The notes: a model not told the origin generated them from the letters alone. 64,000 bases of DNA from Fimbriimonadales bacterium (GCA_038210535.1 JBBQWO010000007.1:47766-111765), one strand, 5' to 3'. Positions 1 through 8,919 are shown, counted from the first letter of the stretch. Numbers and translations are program-made.

Positions 1-705
1 ATCTGGCGAAGTGCCCACGAGGCGGGCAGCGGGAGCGGCGGTGCCGAACTTGAAGGCGTGCCGAGTCTGCTCCAGCGTCACGGACGCGCCGCGAACGGGT
101 TTGCCGTTCCTGCCGATTACTTTCACCGTCAGGTCGCCCTTGCGTATCTTCTCAATTCTCGCGAGAGCAGCTTTGCGCCAGCCCGGAGAGTTTGGAGACG
201 CGCCATAGTAGTCGATCGTTTGGGGAATCTTGGAAAGGTCCACGGATCCGAGATTCTCTAGGCGGATGTCGGCCAGCTCGACGGTTCCCGCGCCGTAGCC
301 CATGAACAGTGCAAGCTGTGCTTCGCCGGTCGGATGGGCTGCGCCAACTTTTCCCGCAAAACGATATTCCTTCCAGTCAGGGGGCGGAATGACTACCGAG
401 GCGATGTACTTGGTGTTCGGGGGGGATGCTAGCTCGAACATGATGCCGATCTTGGCCTTATTGGGGCTCCGCATCCAGGCTCGGAAGCTCACGACGTCGC
501 CCGCGGCAATCGGGCCATTCGTCTTTTTGTGAGCGACGTTTGTCCAAGGGCTCTCGCCCGCGCCCGCAGCGGTTAGGGTGAGCGCCGGGCCCTTTGCGGA
601 AATTGCCGTTGAAGTCACCACTCGGGTGGGAGACCACCCGCTCGTCGGTTGCGTGAACAGAGCTGTTTGAGGAAGGAGGGCCAAAAGGAGAATCGCCGCA
701 CTCAT
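1..705 (-). CDS. Secreted glycoside hydrolase, N-terminal part: signal peptide, a CBM4/9-like sugar-binding module, then the start of a GH10 (xylanase-like) catalytic domain. The 3' end runs off the window.
   Basis: Absent from the ORF track because there is no in-window stop. My own reverse-strand translation from ATG (complement of 703-705) is open for all 235 codons to position 1: MSAAILLLALLPQTALFTQPTSGW...FMGYGAGTVELADIRLENLG...WRKAALARIEKIRKGDLTVKVIGRNGKPVRGASVTLEQTRHAFKFGTAAPA. The N-terminus is hydrophobic. The 'RIEKIRKGDL..V.V....G.P..GA.V.L.Q.RH.F.FGTA' stretch matches what I recall at the CBM/GH10 junction. Confidence 0.55.
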   Translation of the reverse strand, partial: MSAAILLLALLPQTALFTQPTSGWSPTRVVTSTAISAKGPALTLTAAGAGESPWTNVAHKKTNGPIAAGDVVSFRAWMRSPNKAKIGIMFELASPPNTKYIASVVIPPPDWKEYRFAGKVGAAHPTGEAQLALFMGYGAGTVELADIRLENLGSVDLSKIPQTIDYYGASPNSPGWRKAALARIEKIRKGDLTVKVIGRNGKPVRGASVTLEQTRHAFKFGTAAPAARLVGTSPD

Positions 706-773
706 AGGCTGATTATAGTGGCAAAAAATCCATATGGAACTGCACGGGAACGCCTGCGCGGTAGATTAAACGC

Positions 774-1562
774 ATGTTGACCCAGCCTCAGGTCGAGCAG
801 TTTCAGCGCGACGGTTTTCTAAAAGGGTCGCGCGTTCTTAGCGATGAGGAAATCGCCTTGCTTCAGGCCGAGACCCTGCGCGTGATCGATCAGCGCGAGG
901 ACGCATCTGTTAAGCAGCCCGTGATGGTTCATAACTTTACGGGTGATCCGGAGCGTGCGGTTTGGCAGATCGTCAATATCTGCGAAGCCAGTCCCCCGTT
1001 CATGGAACTGGTGCTGAATAAGACGGTCGCAGAAGAAATTGCTCAGCTCACCGATGCGAATGAGATTCGGCTATGGCATGACCAGATCCAGTACAAGCCA
1101 GCCTCAAAGGGAGGCGTCAATCATTGGCACCAGGATTCTCCGTATTGGGCCACTCTAGAGCCCAAAGACCAGCAGGTTACGGCCTGGGTTGCGTTGGACG
1201 ATGTCGATGAGGAGAACGGATGCATGCGAATGGTGCCCGGCTCCCACCTTTGGGGAAACCACATCGGGTTTCTGGAGGCGGTGCCTTCCTACGACGAGAT
1301 GCCGACGGAGTTTGAGGGGCATTCGGTGAACGTGAAATCTTGCCCCGTCAAGAAGGGTGAAGTGCACTATCACCATGCTTTAACCTGGCATGGCAGCGGA
1401 GCCAATCTAAGTGGACGACCCCGCAGGGCGGTAGCGCTGCATTACATGACGGATAAGACGGTTTTCCATCAAGACGGCGAGCATCCGATGAAGCAGTTCG
1501 TGACGACCGCGGACGGAGAGACGATTACCGGGGAACACTTTCCGGTGATATGGACGAAGTAG
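774..1562 (+). CDS. Phytanoyl-CoA dioxygenase (PhyH) family Fe(II)/2-oxoglutarate oxygenase
   Basis: 262-aa ORF. The N-terminal 'QVEQFQRDGFL' and 'WHQDSPYW' (HxD iron motif), plus a later 'H..LTWHGSGAN', are typical of PhyH-family proteins. Confidence 0.8.
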   Translation: MLTQPQVEQFQRDGFLKGSRVLSDEEIALLQAETLRVIDQREDASVKQPVMVHNFTGDPERAVWQIVNICEASPPFMELVLNKTVAEEIAQLTDANEIRLWHDQIQYKPASKGGVNHWHQDSPYWATLEPKDQQVTAWVALDDVDEENGCMRMVPGSHLWGNHIGFLEAVPSYDEMPTEFEGHSVNVKSCPVKKGEVHYHHALTWHGSGANLSGRPRRAVALHYMTDKTVFHQDGEHPMKQFVTTADGETITGEHFPVIWTK

Positions 1563-2338
1563 CCCGGCTTGCGCTTCAGTGGAACTTGACTCTGGGCGAG
1601 CGGCTGCCGGGGGCAACTTGCTCGGACGTTTTTCTCACGGATGAAGGGACTGTGCTGAAGGTTCCGCACATAGGATCGGAGGAGCGGGATGCGGTGTGGG
1701 CCGCCCAAGCGTTTTCCTTGCACGGTGGCGTGGAAATTCTAACAACAAGCGACCCAGATACCGATGCGCTGCTCATGCCGCGCCTTGGCATCGATCTCAT
1801 AGCTGCGCCGGTTAGCGAGCACGAAAAGATTAAGATTTGCGCGAAGCTGATCCTGCGACTACGGGAGACTCCTCTGGATGCACGGGCACCGAGCCTGGGC
1901 ATTTGGTTTAAGGAGCCTTTGGCAGATTGCCACCCCCTTCAGCCCGAAGGTTGGAAGGAAGCAACCTATCTGCTTGACACAGCTCCTGGCGCGGCGCTCC
2001 TGCATGGAGACTTACACCACCAGAACATTCTGCTCGGACCCCAAGGCTGGACGTCTATCGATGCGAAAGGGATGGCGGGCGACCCGGCCTTCGAACCTTG
2101 CGCGTACATGCGGAATCCGATCGGGGGCATCCCCGACGGCGAGGCGTTGGCGAAGCTCATGGTCGAGAGGCTGCGGCTTTTCGCCGAGTTCCTGCCGTAC
2201 GAGCCTCGGCGCATCTGGGGATGGAGCTTTGCGCAGACGGTGTATTGCAACGACTCCCCCCATTCAGAGTGGGCAGGGCAGCAATGGTCTTTGATAGCCG
2301 AGGCGCTGTGGGACGTGCGTCGAGAGTTTCTCAACTAG
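1550..2338 (+). CDS. Aminoglycoside/hydroxyurea-type phosphotransferase, APH(6)/StrB-like kinase
   Basis: 262-aa ORF. 'LLHGDLHHQNILLGPQGWTSIDAKGMAGDPAFE' matches the catalytic loop I recall from StrB ('LHGDLHHENI...WLVIDP.G..G'). Its start overlaps the PhyH stop by 13 nt. Confidence 0.75.
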   Translation: MDEVARLALQWNLTLGERLPGATCSDVFLTDEGTVLKVPHIGSEERDAVWAAQAFSLHGGVEILTTSDPDTDALLMPRLGIDLIAAPVSEHEKIKICAKLILRLRETPLDARAPSLGIWFKEPLADCHPLQPEGWKEATYLLDTAPGAALLHGDLHHQNILLGPQGWTSIDAKGMAGDPAFEPCAYMRNPIGGIPDGEALAKLMVERLRLFAEFLPYEPRRIWGWSFAQTVYCNDSPHSEWAGQQWSLIAEALWDVRREFLN

Positions 2339-2348
2339 AATCGAACCC

Positions 2349-2980
2349 ATGCTTCTCGCCTGTGTGGCTTCCTTAATGTTGGTCGGTCCCCTGGAGTATC
2401 GGGGCGGCGACGTTTCGTTTTTGCCGCAGATGGATTCGCTTGGCTCAAAGTATTTTGACGGAACGCGCGCCGACGATCCGCTGAAGATCATGGCCAGGCA
2501 CGGGCTGAACACGGCTCGGCTGAGCGTATGGGTTCAGTCGAAGCACGGATGGTGCAACACGGAGCAGACCCTGCGGATGGCGATGCGCGCGAAAGCTGCC
2601 GGGCTGAAGCTGCTGCTCGACTTCCATTACGCCGACGATTGGGCCGACCCCGGCAAGCAGCCGAAACCCGCAAGTTGGACAGGCTTATTGTAGAAACGGC
2701 CTGCCCATTCACCCTGGACAAGTTGTCCGGCCGTCCGCACATGGTCGACCATCGCTATGTGGATAAGCTGCCCTTTCCCGCGACGGTTGACGGACAGCGC
2801 GCATTTACGGCGCGTCTCGTGCAGCTTGTGAAAGAAACTCCTAAGGGCCTTGGGAAGGGCGTCATTTGGTGGGCACCGGACTGGCTCGGCTTGCCCAACA
2901 AGCATTCGGTCTGGGAGAATCTGAATTGGTACGACGCAAGGGGGCGAGCGTTGCCGGCAATAGACGTTCTGGCTCGCTGA
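2349..2980 (+). pseudogene. Decayed GH53 arabinogalactan endo-beta-1,4-galactosidase with an internal deletion and frameshift
   Basis: Frame 0 (2349-2693) encodes the GH53 N-terminus (...GGDVSFLPQMDSLGSKYFDG...GLKLLLDFHYADDWADPGKQPKPASWTGLL*). A different frame (readable from about 2683 to 2980) encodes the GH53 C-terminus (IVETACPFT...GVIWWAPDWLG...WENLNWYDARGRALPAIDVLAR). The roughly 170 aa normally between them, including the acid/base 'GNE' region, are missing. The expected nucleophile in 'YWEP' reads 'WWAP'. Confidence 0.6.
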
Positions 2981-2983
2981 ATT

Positions 2984-3886
2984 CTAGCGGACGCGAAGGC
3001 GTCGATCCGAGATGGACGCGGAACAGCCCGGAGTGGGGGTCACAGGGGGAGTTTTTGAGAACTCACTCTGCCTACCTTCGAGGCGCAGCATGCCGTCCGT
3101 GCTAACTGACACGAAGGCAAACAGCGGCTCTCTGTACGCGTGCATTCCGCTTTGCCAAAAGTAGCTCGCGGAGTTAATGCTGAGGCAAGGGATACCGGCG
3201 TAAGTCTCGAGCCGATCTACGTGCAGGTGGCCAGAGAGACAGGCGACGACACGTCCGTTCTTCTTAATGATCTCCAAGACTTCGATCTGTTCTGGGGGTA
3301 GCGCTTGATTTTTGGCGGCAAAGCCGAGAGGCTGGTGGGAGAGGATGAAGGTGGGCTTGTCGGTCTTTGAAAGCTCGCGTTCGAGCCAAGCAAGTTGTTC
3401 GGGATCAGCCCAATTGTGGGTCGCATTCGAGGTGAAGTAGTTGCCGTTCGCATAGGAGTGCAACTTGCCGGCTTTCCGAAAATGGTTAAGGTCCAGATAA
3501 ATAAAGCGGTAGTCGCCCTGTTCGAACGAGCCATATCGGCGGGGCATGTTCCATAGCGCCATGATCTGTTCCTTCGTGCCGCGATCCATGTCGTGATTGC
3601 CTAGAACGTGGCGCTTTGGCAGATCGATCTGGTTCCAGAGGTCCAGAAATTTGCTGACTTCAGACTCGGGCGTGGGGTGGCAGAAGTCGCCCATTTGGAG
3701 TGCGAAGTCAAGTCCCTTTCTGCGCTTCACCTCCCTCACGAAGGTCTCTAACCGGGTGGAAGCATCGGGCGCGAGGCCGTGGTGAACATCGGATATAACC
3801 GCGAATCGCAACGGCGGAGCCTGTGGCCCGAGACGGAGGGGGATCGCCAGAAATGCCCCGGCTTTTAGCAGTTCACGCCTGGTCAT
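2984..3886 (-). CDS. Calcineurin-like metallophosphoesterase with a Tat-like signal
   Basis: 300 aa. The N-terminus is 'MTRRELLKAGAFLAIPL'. Metallophosphoesterase motifs are present: 'ISDVHHG', 'MGDF', 'GNHDMD' and 'LSGHLH'. Confidence 0.8.
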   Translation of the reverse strand: MTRRELLKAGAFLAIPLRLGPQAPPLRFAVISDVHHGLAPDASTRLETFVREVKRRKGLDFALQMGDFCHPTPESEVSKFLDLWNQIDLPKRHVLGNHDMDRGTKEQIMALWNMPRRYGSFEQGDYRFIYLDLNHFRKAGKLHSYANGNYFTSNATHNWADPEQLAWLERELSKTDKPTFILSHQPLGFAAKNQALPPEQIEVLEIIKKNGRVVACLSGHLHVDRLETYAGIPCLSINSASYFWQSGMHAYREPLFAFVSVSTDGMLRLEGRQSEFSKTPPVTPTPGCSASISDRRLRVR

Positions 3887-3895
3887 AGTGCCATT

Positions 3896-4828
3896 TTACA
3901 AGAGGCTGGACAAACTGCGGGACCAAACTCTTGGGACCGTGGGTGCCGTCTTAATGGCCCTCAAGGCGAGTTGACGGGCGACCCCCCTTTCCCCAAGTTT
4001 GGCCTTGGCCCTCGCCATGGACGAGAGGGCGATGCCGCTCCTCTGGACGAGCATGTTGGTGTACTTAGCGGCTTCGTGGCGGGGCTCATCTGCGAAGATT
4101 TCTTTCCTCCTGGGCAAAATCTTCTGGGTAAGCAGGTAGTGCTGTGCTTCGTGAAATCGAAAGCCAGAGTTGGCCAGCGAGGTGCTGAGGACGGAATAGC
4201 GAACGAGCTTTTCGGGCAGGTGGCTGAACGTTCGATTGGGAGCGAGGATCAGCCAGCCATACCAGTCGGAGCACCGAACCGTGTCGGCAACGAAGTTGCC
4301 GGCGTCGAGCATGTGCTGGCGGCGAAAAACAGCGGTGCTGGCGATTACGTCGTTGCTGGGCAAGATGTGATGGAAGGCGGCGGCATCCGGCTTGATGGCG
4401 AGGTCGCGCGGAACTTCGCGGCCGTCTTCGTAGATGTACCAGCCGTCGGCGTGGACCATCGAGGCACCGGTATGGTCGAGCTGCGCAACTTGGAGTTCCA
4501 GCTTGTTTGGCAGCCAGAAATCGTCATGATCGATGAAGGCGACGAATTCTCCTTGCGCCTCTTCGACCATGCGCTTGCGCGCCGCACCCAGCCCTTGATT
4601 CTCCGTCCTTAGCAATCGGCAGTCGTACTGCGCGGCGATGAGGGCGGAGTCATCGGTGCTGCCGTCGTCGAGCACGAGGACATCGTAATCCCCGAACGTT
4701 TGATCGAAAACGGTATCGAGAGCTTTAGCCAGCGTTGTGGAGCCGTTATAGACTGCCAAACAAACTGTGACGCGTCTAGCCGCCACTGGTGCCGCTTCCC
4801 GTCGAGCCGGTTGACGAGCCTCCTCCAA
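3896..4828 (-). CDS. Family 2 glycosyltransferase
   Basis: 'VTVCLAVYNGSTTLAKALDTVFDQTFGDYDVLVLDDGSTDDS' is the GT2 N-terminal signature. The track start (TTG at 4828) overlaps the upstream gene by 53 nt. An in-frame GTG at 4786 is an alternative start. Confidence 0.8.
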   Translation of the reverse strand: MEEARQPARREAAPVAARRVTVCLAVYNGSTTLAKALDTVFDQTFGDYDVLVLDDGSTDDSALIAAQYDCRLLRTENQGLGAARKRMVEEAQGEFVAFIDHDDFWLPNKLELQVAQLDHTGASMVHADGWYIYEDGREVPRDLAIKPDAAAFHHILPSNDVIASTAVFRRQHMLDAGNFVADTVRCSDWYGWLILAPNRTFSHLPEKLVRYSVLSTSLANSGFRFHEAQHYLLTQKILPRRKEIFADEPRHEAAKYTNMLVQRSGIALSSMARAKAKLGERGVARQLALRAIKTAPTVPRVWSRSLSSLL

Positions 4829-5912
4829 CTACTCCGCCGGTGCCGCCTCCGCCGGTGGTTCCAAAGCCAACTCCACCGTCACCTGCCCACATATCCCATT
4901 CCTCCACCGTGCCGTCCGCATATTCCACACGATAGTGGCCAGAAGGCGTCCAAGAAACTTTCGCGGGAAGGCCGGGGTCGGGGCCTTCGATGAGGCCGTT
5001 ACCCGAGCCATCCGGCCGGTAGGTGTAGCTCCACTTATAGCCCTCAGAATTCTCCCAAACGAAGCGGCCCTCGCCATCGTTGCCATAGGTTCCTACCGAT
5101 TTGGACCAGTTGCCATCTGCCCAGGTTTGGCTGGCGGACCAAGTCCAGCCCTCTGCATTCCAACTGCTGGAACCCTTGTCGGTTCCATACGTTGGCCAGA
5201 AGTTGTCATAGTCCATCCGGCCGCTCAGATCAGATTCATAGACCGTGCTGTAATGGCCGGCAGCCCCCGAGAAGGGTCCTGCGGTGATCGAGTAAGTCGA
5301 GGTTCCGGTGACCGGATAGGTCTCCCAATTGGAGTAAGTGCTTTGGAAGCTTCCGGCCGGTTCCGCTTTCTCTTGGTCGATGTACAGGAGTGTGCTCCAA
5401 GAGTTGGCTGTCCACTGGCTCTCCGCCCACAACCCCAACCATTCGTCGTAGTAGAAGTAAGGCTCGTCACTTCCTCCGCCGCTGCTGGTCGAGCCGCTGG
5501 AGCCGTCGCCGGTAGTGCCCGTCCCACCTCCGTCCGTCGACCCGCTGGTACCGTCGTCGCCACTGGTGAAGGTGCGGTGGAACCGAGAAGCAAACATCGG
5601 AGTGGGTCCCCCGCCAAAGTTGCGAATGAAAGAGCCGATCATGGGCATGCCGTAGCTACTGCCCGTGGTGCCAGAGCTTCCCGTGGTTCCTGATCCAGTG
5701 GTTCCGTTGATGGCCCCAGCTTGACCAGGAGTTTGGAAGCCGCCTTGAAGCATCGCGATCTGGGCGAAGCCGAGAGTTTTCAATAAGCGGGAGCGTGTCT
5801 CCGTATTGGGACTGCCGCCGGAGGTCGAGTCGGCCCCGCCGCCGCCGCATCCAATGATCAGCATCAATCCCGCAACCACCACGAGCCACACCCTGCTTGA
5901 AAACCTTGCCAT
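4776..5912 (-). CDS. Lipoprotein of unknown function with G/S/T-rich linkers and a Trp/Tyr-rich C-terminal domain
   Basis: The track ORF runs 4776-5999. I prefer the internal ATG at 5912, giving 'MARFSSRVWLVVVAGLMLIIGC' (n-region, hydrophobic core, lipobox IIGC). A start at 5999 would abut the divergent gene's start codon and leave no promoter space. I recognise no family. Confidence 0.55.
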   Translation of the reverse strand: MARFSSRVWLVVVAGLMLIIGCGGGGADSTSGGSPNTETRSRLLKTLGFAQIAMLQGGFQTPGQAGAINGTTGSGTTGSSGTTGSSYGMPMIGSFIRNFGGGPTPMFASRFHRTFTSGDDGTSGSTDGGGTGTTGDGSSGSTSSGGGSDEPYFYYDEWLGLWAESQWTANSWSTLLYIDQEKAEPAGSFQSTYSNWETYPVTGTSTYSITAGPFSGAAGHYSTVYESDLSGRMDYDNFWPTYGTDKGSSSWNAEGWTWSASQTWADGNWSKSVGTYGNDGEGRFVWENSEGYKWSYTYRPDGSGNGLIEGPDPGLPAKVSWTPSGHYRVEYADGTVEEWDMWAGDGGVGFGTTGGGGTGGVVGGGSSTGSTGSGTSGG

Positions 5913-5998
5913 TTTTGTATTGTCACACAAGTTGCGGCTTTCGGCATTTACCTGGGCTGTATTGGACAGCGGCGTTGCTTGTAAACTGTTCCTAATCA

Positions 5999-6955
5999 AT
6001 GTCGCTTGCCCGCGCGTTCGTTATTAAGACCTCGGCCCTGTCGCCGGTGGAAAAGCTGGTTCGGAGGTCTTTCCTTTTCAAGCCGCTCGTCAGCCGCTTT
6101 ATCGCCGGCGATACTCTCGAAGAGGCGCTGAAAGCTTCCGAGCAGCTCTTGGCAAAGGGCATGAAGATTTCACTGGACTACTTGGGCGAGAACACGCTCA
6201 ACGAGGCGGAAGCGCTATCGGCCAAGCACAAGTACATCGAAATGCTCGAGCGCATTGCGCTTGTGCCGGCGGTGCAGGAATGGCACACAAAGAGACCTTC
6301 CCCGATCGAACCTCTGAATATTTCCATCAAGTTGACTCAGTGCGGTTTAGATCAGGGGCTTGACTTTGCGGAAGGGAACTACCGTGAGGTTTTGGAGTGC
6401 GCCAAGCGGCTGGACAACTTCGTGCGCATCGACATGGAATCGTCGGATTACACGCAACGCACGCTGGATATGATCGAGAAGGTGTTGCACGATTATCCGA
6501 ACACCGGCACGGTTCTCCAGAGCTATCTCTTCCGAAACGATGCGGACGTGGAGACGATCATTGATTGGAAGGCTAGGGTGCGGTTGGTAAAAGGCGCGTA
6601 TCTCGAGCCCCCGACGGTTGCATTTCGGGAAAAATCCAAAGTAGATGCGGCCTATGTGAAGCAGGCAAAGCGGCTCCTCGATGCAGGGAATTATCCGGCC
6701 ATTGCCACTCAGGACGAGGCAATCATCAAGGAGCTGAATAGCTACGTGGCCGAGAAGAACATCCCCAAGGAGAGCTTTGAATATCAGATGCTGTACGGAA
6801 TTCGGCGCGATCTGCAGGACGGGCTGACGGCGCAGGGATATAACGTTCGCATCTATGTTCCTTACGGAGATTCCTGGTATCCCTATTTCACTCGGAGGCT
6901 GGCGGAGCGTCCCGCCAATGCGTTCTTTATCTTGAAGTCGTTGTTCAAAGGGTAG
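5999..6955 (+). CDS. Monofunctional proline dehydrogenase (PutA-type PRODH domain)
   Basis: 318 aa. 'SRFIAGDTLEEALKASEQLLAKGMKISLDYLGEN' and the C-terminal 'YVPYGDSWYPYFTRRLAERPAN' are the pattern I recall for bacterial PRODH. Confidence 0.85.
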   Translation: MSLARAFVIKTSALSPVEKLVRRSFLFKPLVSRFIAGDTLEEALKASEQLLAKGMKISLDYLGENTLNEAEALSAKHKYIEMLERIALVPAVQEWHTKRPSPIEPLNISIKLTQCGLDQGLDFAEGNYREVLECAKRLDNFVRIDMESSDYTQRTLDMIEKVLHDYPNTGTVLQSYLFRNDADVETIIDWKARVRLVKGAYLEPPTVAFREKSKVDAAYVKQAKRLLDAGNYPAIATQDEAIIKELNSYVAEKNIPKESFEYQMLYGIRRDLQDGLTAQGYNVRIYVPYGDSWYPYFTRRLAERPANAFFILKSLFKG

Positions 6956-6976
6956 CGGCGGTATTCTTTCGTACAG

Positions 6977-7216
6977 ATGGATCGCGTCGCAATCAACATC
7001 ACGGCTGGTCGGGATCAGGTGAATGAGCCTTGGCTTTGGCAGATCGCTCGGAACTTCAACGTACGAGTGAATATCAAGAAGGCCAACGTCGATGACGACT
7101 ACGGTTGGATGCTGGTAGAGCTCGAAGGTCCCATCGAGGATATTCAGCGCGCGACCGCTTGGCTCATGACGACCGGCATGCACGTCGAGGCTCAACAGCG
7201 CGCAGTCGGCGTATGA
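6977..7216 (+). CDS. Stand-alone NIL-domain protein
   Basis: 79 aa. 'EPWLWQIARNFNVRVNIKKANVDDDYGWMLVELEGPIEDIQRATAWL' resembles the NIL (MetN C-terminal, ferredoxin-like) domain. Its stop TGA (7214-7216) overlaps the next gene's ATG (7213-7215). Confidence 0.6.
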   Translation: MDRVAINITAGRDQVNEPWLWQIARNFNVRVNIKKANVDDDYGWMLVELEGPIEDIQRATAWLMTTGMHVEAQQRAVGV

Positions 7217-8091
7217 CGACTCTGGACGACCTCCAAGCCTTTTGGCAGGCGGCTGAGGCGGAAGCTCACTCAGCACCGCTCGACTATCATCGTAGCCTGC
7301 GCAACGACTATGACCTGTCCGGCTTCACAGTCGAAACGCTCACCTTTCGCGGAATTCGAGGAGAGATGCTTTCTGGCTGGCTGGCCTATCCACCCGGCGC
7401 TCGTCGGTTGCGATCCTTTCTCTGGGTTCCTCCCTACGGCCGAGAGTCGCTGGTGCCCAACGAGTACGGCACGCGAGAGGGAATGGTCAGTCTGAGCTTT
7501 AACTTCTTCGGCCACGGCGCCTTTCATCAAGAGAAATATGTCCGTGAGCGCGGCTATTTCTCGGAGGGTGCGGAAGACCCCGAGACATGGGTTTTTCGCC
7601 GCATGTACCAAAACGCTTCAATTGCCGCACGCGTTCTGCAGGCTCAAGTTGAGGTGGACGAGGATCGAATTGGCTCTATGGGCATGAGCCAAGGCGGCGG
7701 ACTTTCGCTGTGGTTGGGAGCGTGGAGCCCCGTCGTAAAAGCCGTTTGCGCCGACATGCCTTTCCTCTGCCAAATCGCAACCCAGCTAGAGGGGGCGGTC
7801 TATCGCTACCCGCTCAAAGAGGTCGCAGACTTCATGGACCAAATTCCACTCGGCCGGGACCGAGTGCTGAACACGGTCTCAAACTTCGACACGGTAAGCC
7901 AAGCCGCGTTTTGCCAGGTGCCCGCCCAGGTTTCGCTCGGCTTGAAAGACCCCGCAGCCCGACCTGATCACGTGCGGGCCGCCTTCGAGGTCCTGCCGGG
8001 TACCAAGCGGCTGAAAGTTTACGACTGGGGCCATGATTGGCATCCAGAGATGGTGGAGAGCAACCGAGAGTGGTTCGCCGACCACCTCTAG
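7213..8091 (+). CDS. CE7 acetyl xylan esterase / cephalosporin-C deacetylase family
   Basis: The track ORF starts at 7105 with an Arg-rich stretch. I prefer ATG 7213 ('MTTLDDLQAFW'). The CE7 nucleophile elbow 'GMSQGGG' and an AXE1-like N-terminus ('TFRGIRGEMLSGWLAYP') are present. Confidence 0.8.
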   Translation: MTTLDDLQAFWQAAEAEAHSAPLDYHRSLRNDYDLSGFTVETLTFRGIRGEMLSGWLAYPPGARRLRSFLWVPPYGRESLVPNEYGTREGMVSLSFNFFGHGAFHQEKYVRERGYFSEGAEDPETWVFRRMYQNASIAARVLQAQVEVDEDRIGSMGMSQGGGLSLWLGAWSPVVKAVCADMPFLCQIATQLEGAVYRYPLKEVADFMDQIPLGRDRVLNTVSNFDTVSQAAFCQVPAQVSLGLKDPAARPDHVRAAFEVLPGTKRLKVYDWGHDWHPEMVESNREWFADHL

Positions 8092-8095
8092 CGGA

Positions 8096-8887
8096 TTAGA
8101 GAGGTTGAATCTCGATCTTGCGGAACTCCGTCGGATGGCTCTCTGCTTGAATCGCGATGTAGCCCTCGTGTAGCCGCACCAGGCCATCTTTTATGAGGCG
8201 TTTCCCGTCCGCGTCGTTTGGATCGAGCTGAGGCTGCTCGTAGCTAAAGACGGTTTCCCCATCGATGACATGTTTCGTCACCGCGTCTCCACGAACCTCC
8301 AGCAGCACCGTCACCCATTGGTCGCCATGATAAGTCTTTGACTTGGAGTCGATGCAATGCTGCGTGATGAGTTTGCCATCCATCACGATATGGGTTCCCG
8401 GGGTGCATATATTGGCAGTGTGCCTTTCGTTTTTGCCATCGCCGCCCAGGAGCTGAACCTCGACAGAAGCAGGGAAGTCTTGGTCCTTGAGCATGCTTTC
8501 CGGAGATTGGCTGAAGATCATCACGCCATTGTTGCGCGTCGCCCATCCGGGTCCCCCGGGACACTGCTCTCCGACGAAGCGATATTCAACTCGAAGGTTG
8601 TAGCTCTTGAACTTGGACTTGTAGAAGAGATGTCCAAATCGGCTGTCGAAGTTCTTGTACTTGTCATATGACACTCGCAACACGCCATCTCCTGCGCTGA
8701 AGGTGTCCAGGTAGTTCACTCCCAAGTCTTCGCCCTTGAACTTTGGCGTCCAACCGTCGAGATCCTTGCCATTGAAGAGGGGAATCCACTCAGGTTGCGC
8801 AGGCGTTGCAATCACCATCGCCGCAAGGCCGGCAAGCAAGAGGGTTCCCGCGGCCGCGGTGGTGCGATAGAGCAAGGGGGAATTCAT
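8096..8887 (-). CDS. DUF1080 (3-keto-disaccharide hydrolase-like) domain protein, secreted
   Basis: 263 aa with a signal-like N-terminus. 'WIPLFNGKDLDGWTPKF' and the C-terminal 'GYIAIQAESHPTEFRKIEIQPL' are classic DUF1080 features. Confidence 0.8.
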   Translation of the reverse strand: MNSPLLYRTTAAAGTLLLAGLAAMVIATPAQPEWIPLFNGKDLDGWTPKFKGEDLGVNYLDTFSAGDGVLRVSYDKYKNFDSRFGHLFYKSKFKSYNLRVEYRFVGEQCPGGPGWATRNNGVMIFSQSPESMLKDQDFPASVEVQLLGGDGKNERHTANICTPGTHIVMDGKLITQHCIDSKSKTYHGDQWVTVLLEVRGDAVTKHVIDGETVFSYEQPQLDPNDADGKRLIKDGLVRLHEGYIAIQAESHPTEFRKIEIQPL

Positions 8888-8919
8888 GCAAGGCTTTTAC
8901 CCGGTTCGAGCCGAATGGA

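Noticed and set aside
4935-5693. 252-aa plus-strand ORF
   Set aside because: It is antisense to the lipoprotein gene's low-complexity G/S/T region. It is Arg/Ala/Gly-rich with no recognisable fold.
6347-7276. 309-aa minus-strand ORF
   Set aside because: It is antisense to the well-supported proline dehydrogenase and NIL genes. It has no motifs and is a typical shadow ORF in GC-rich DNA.
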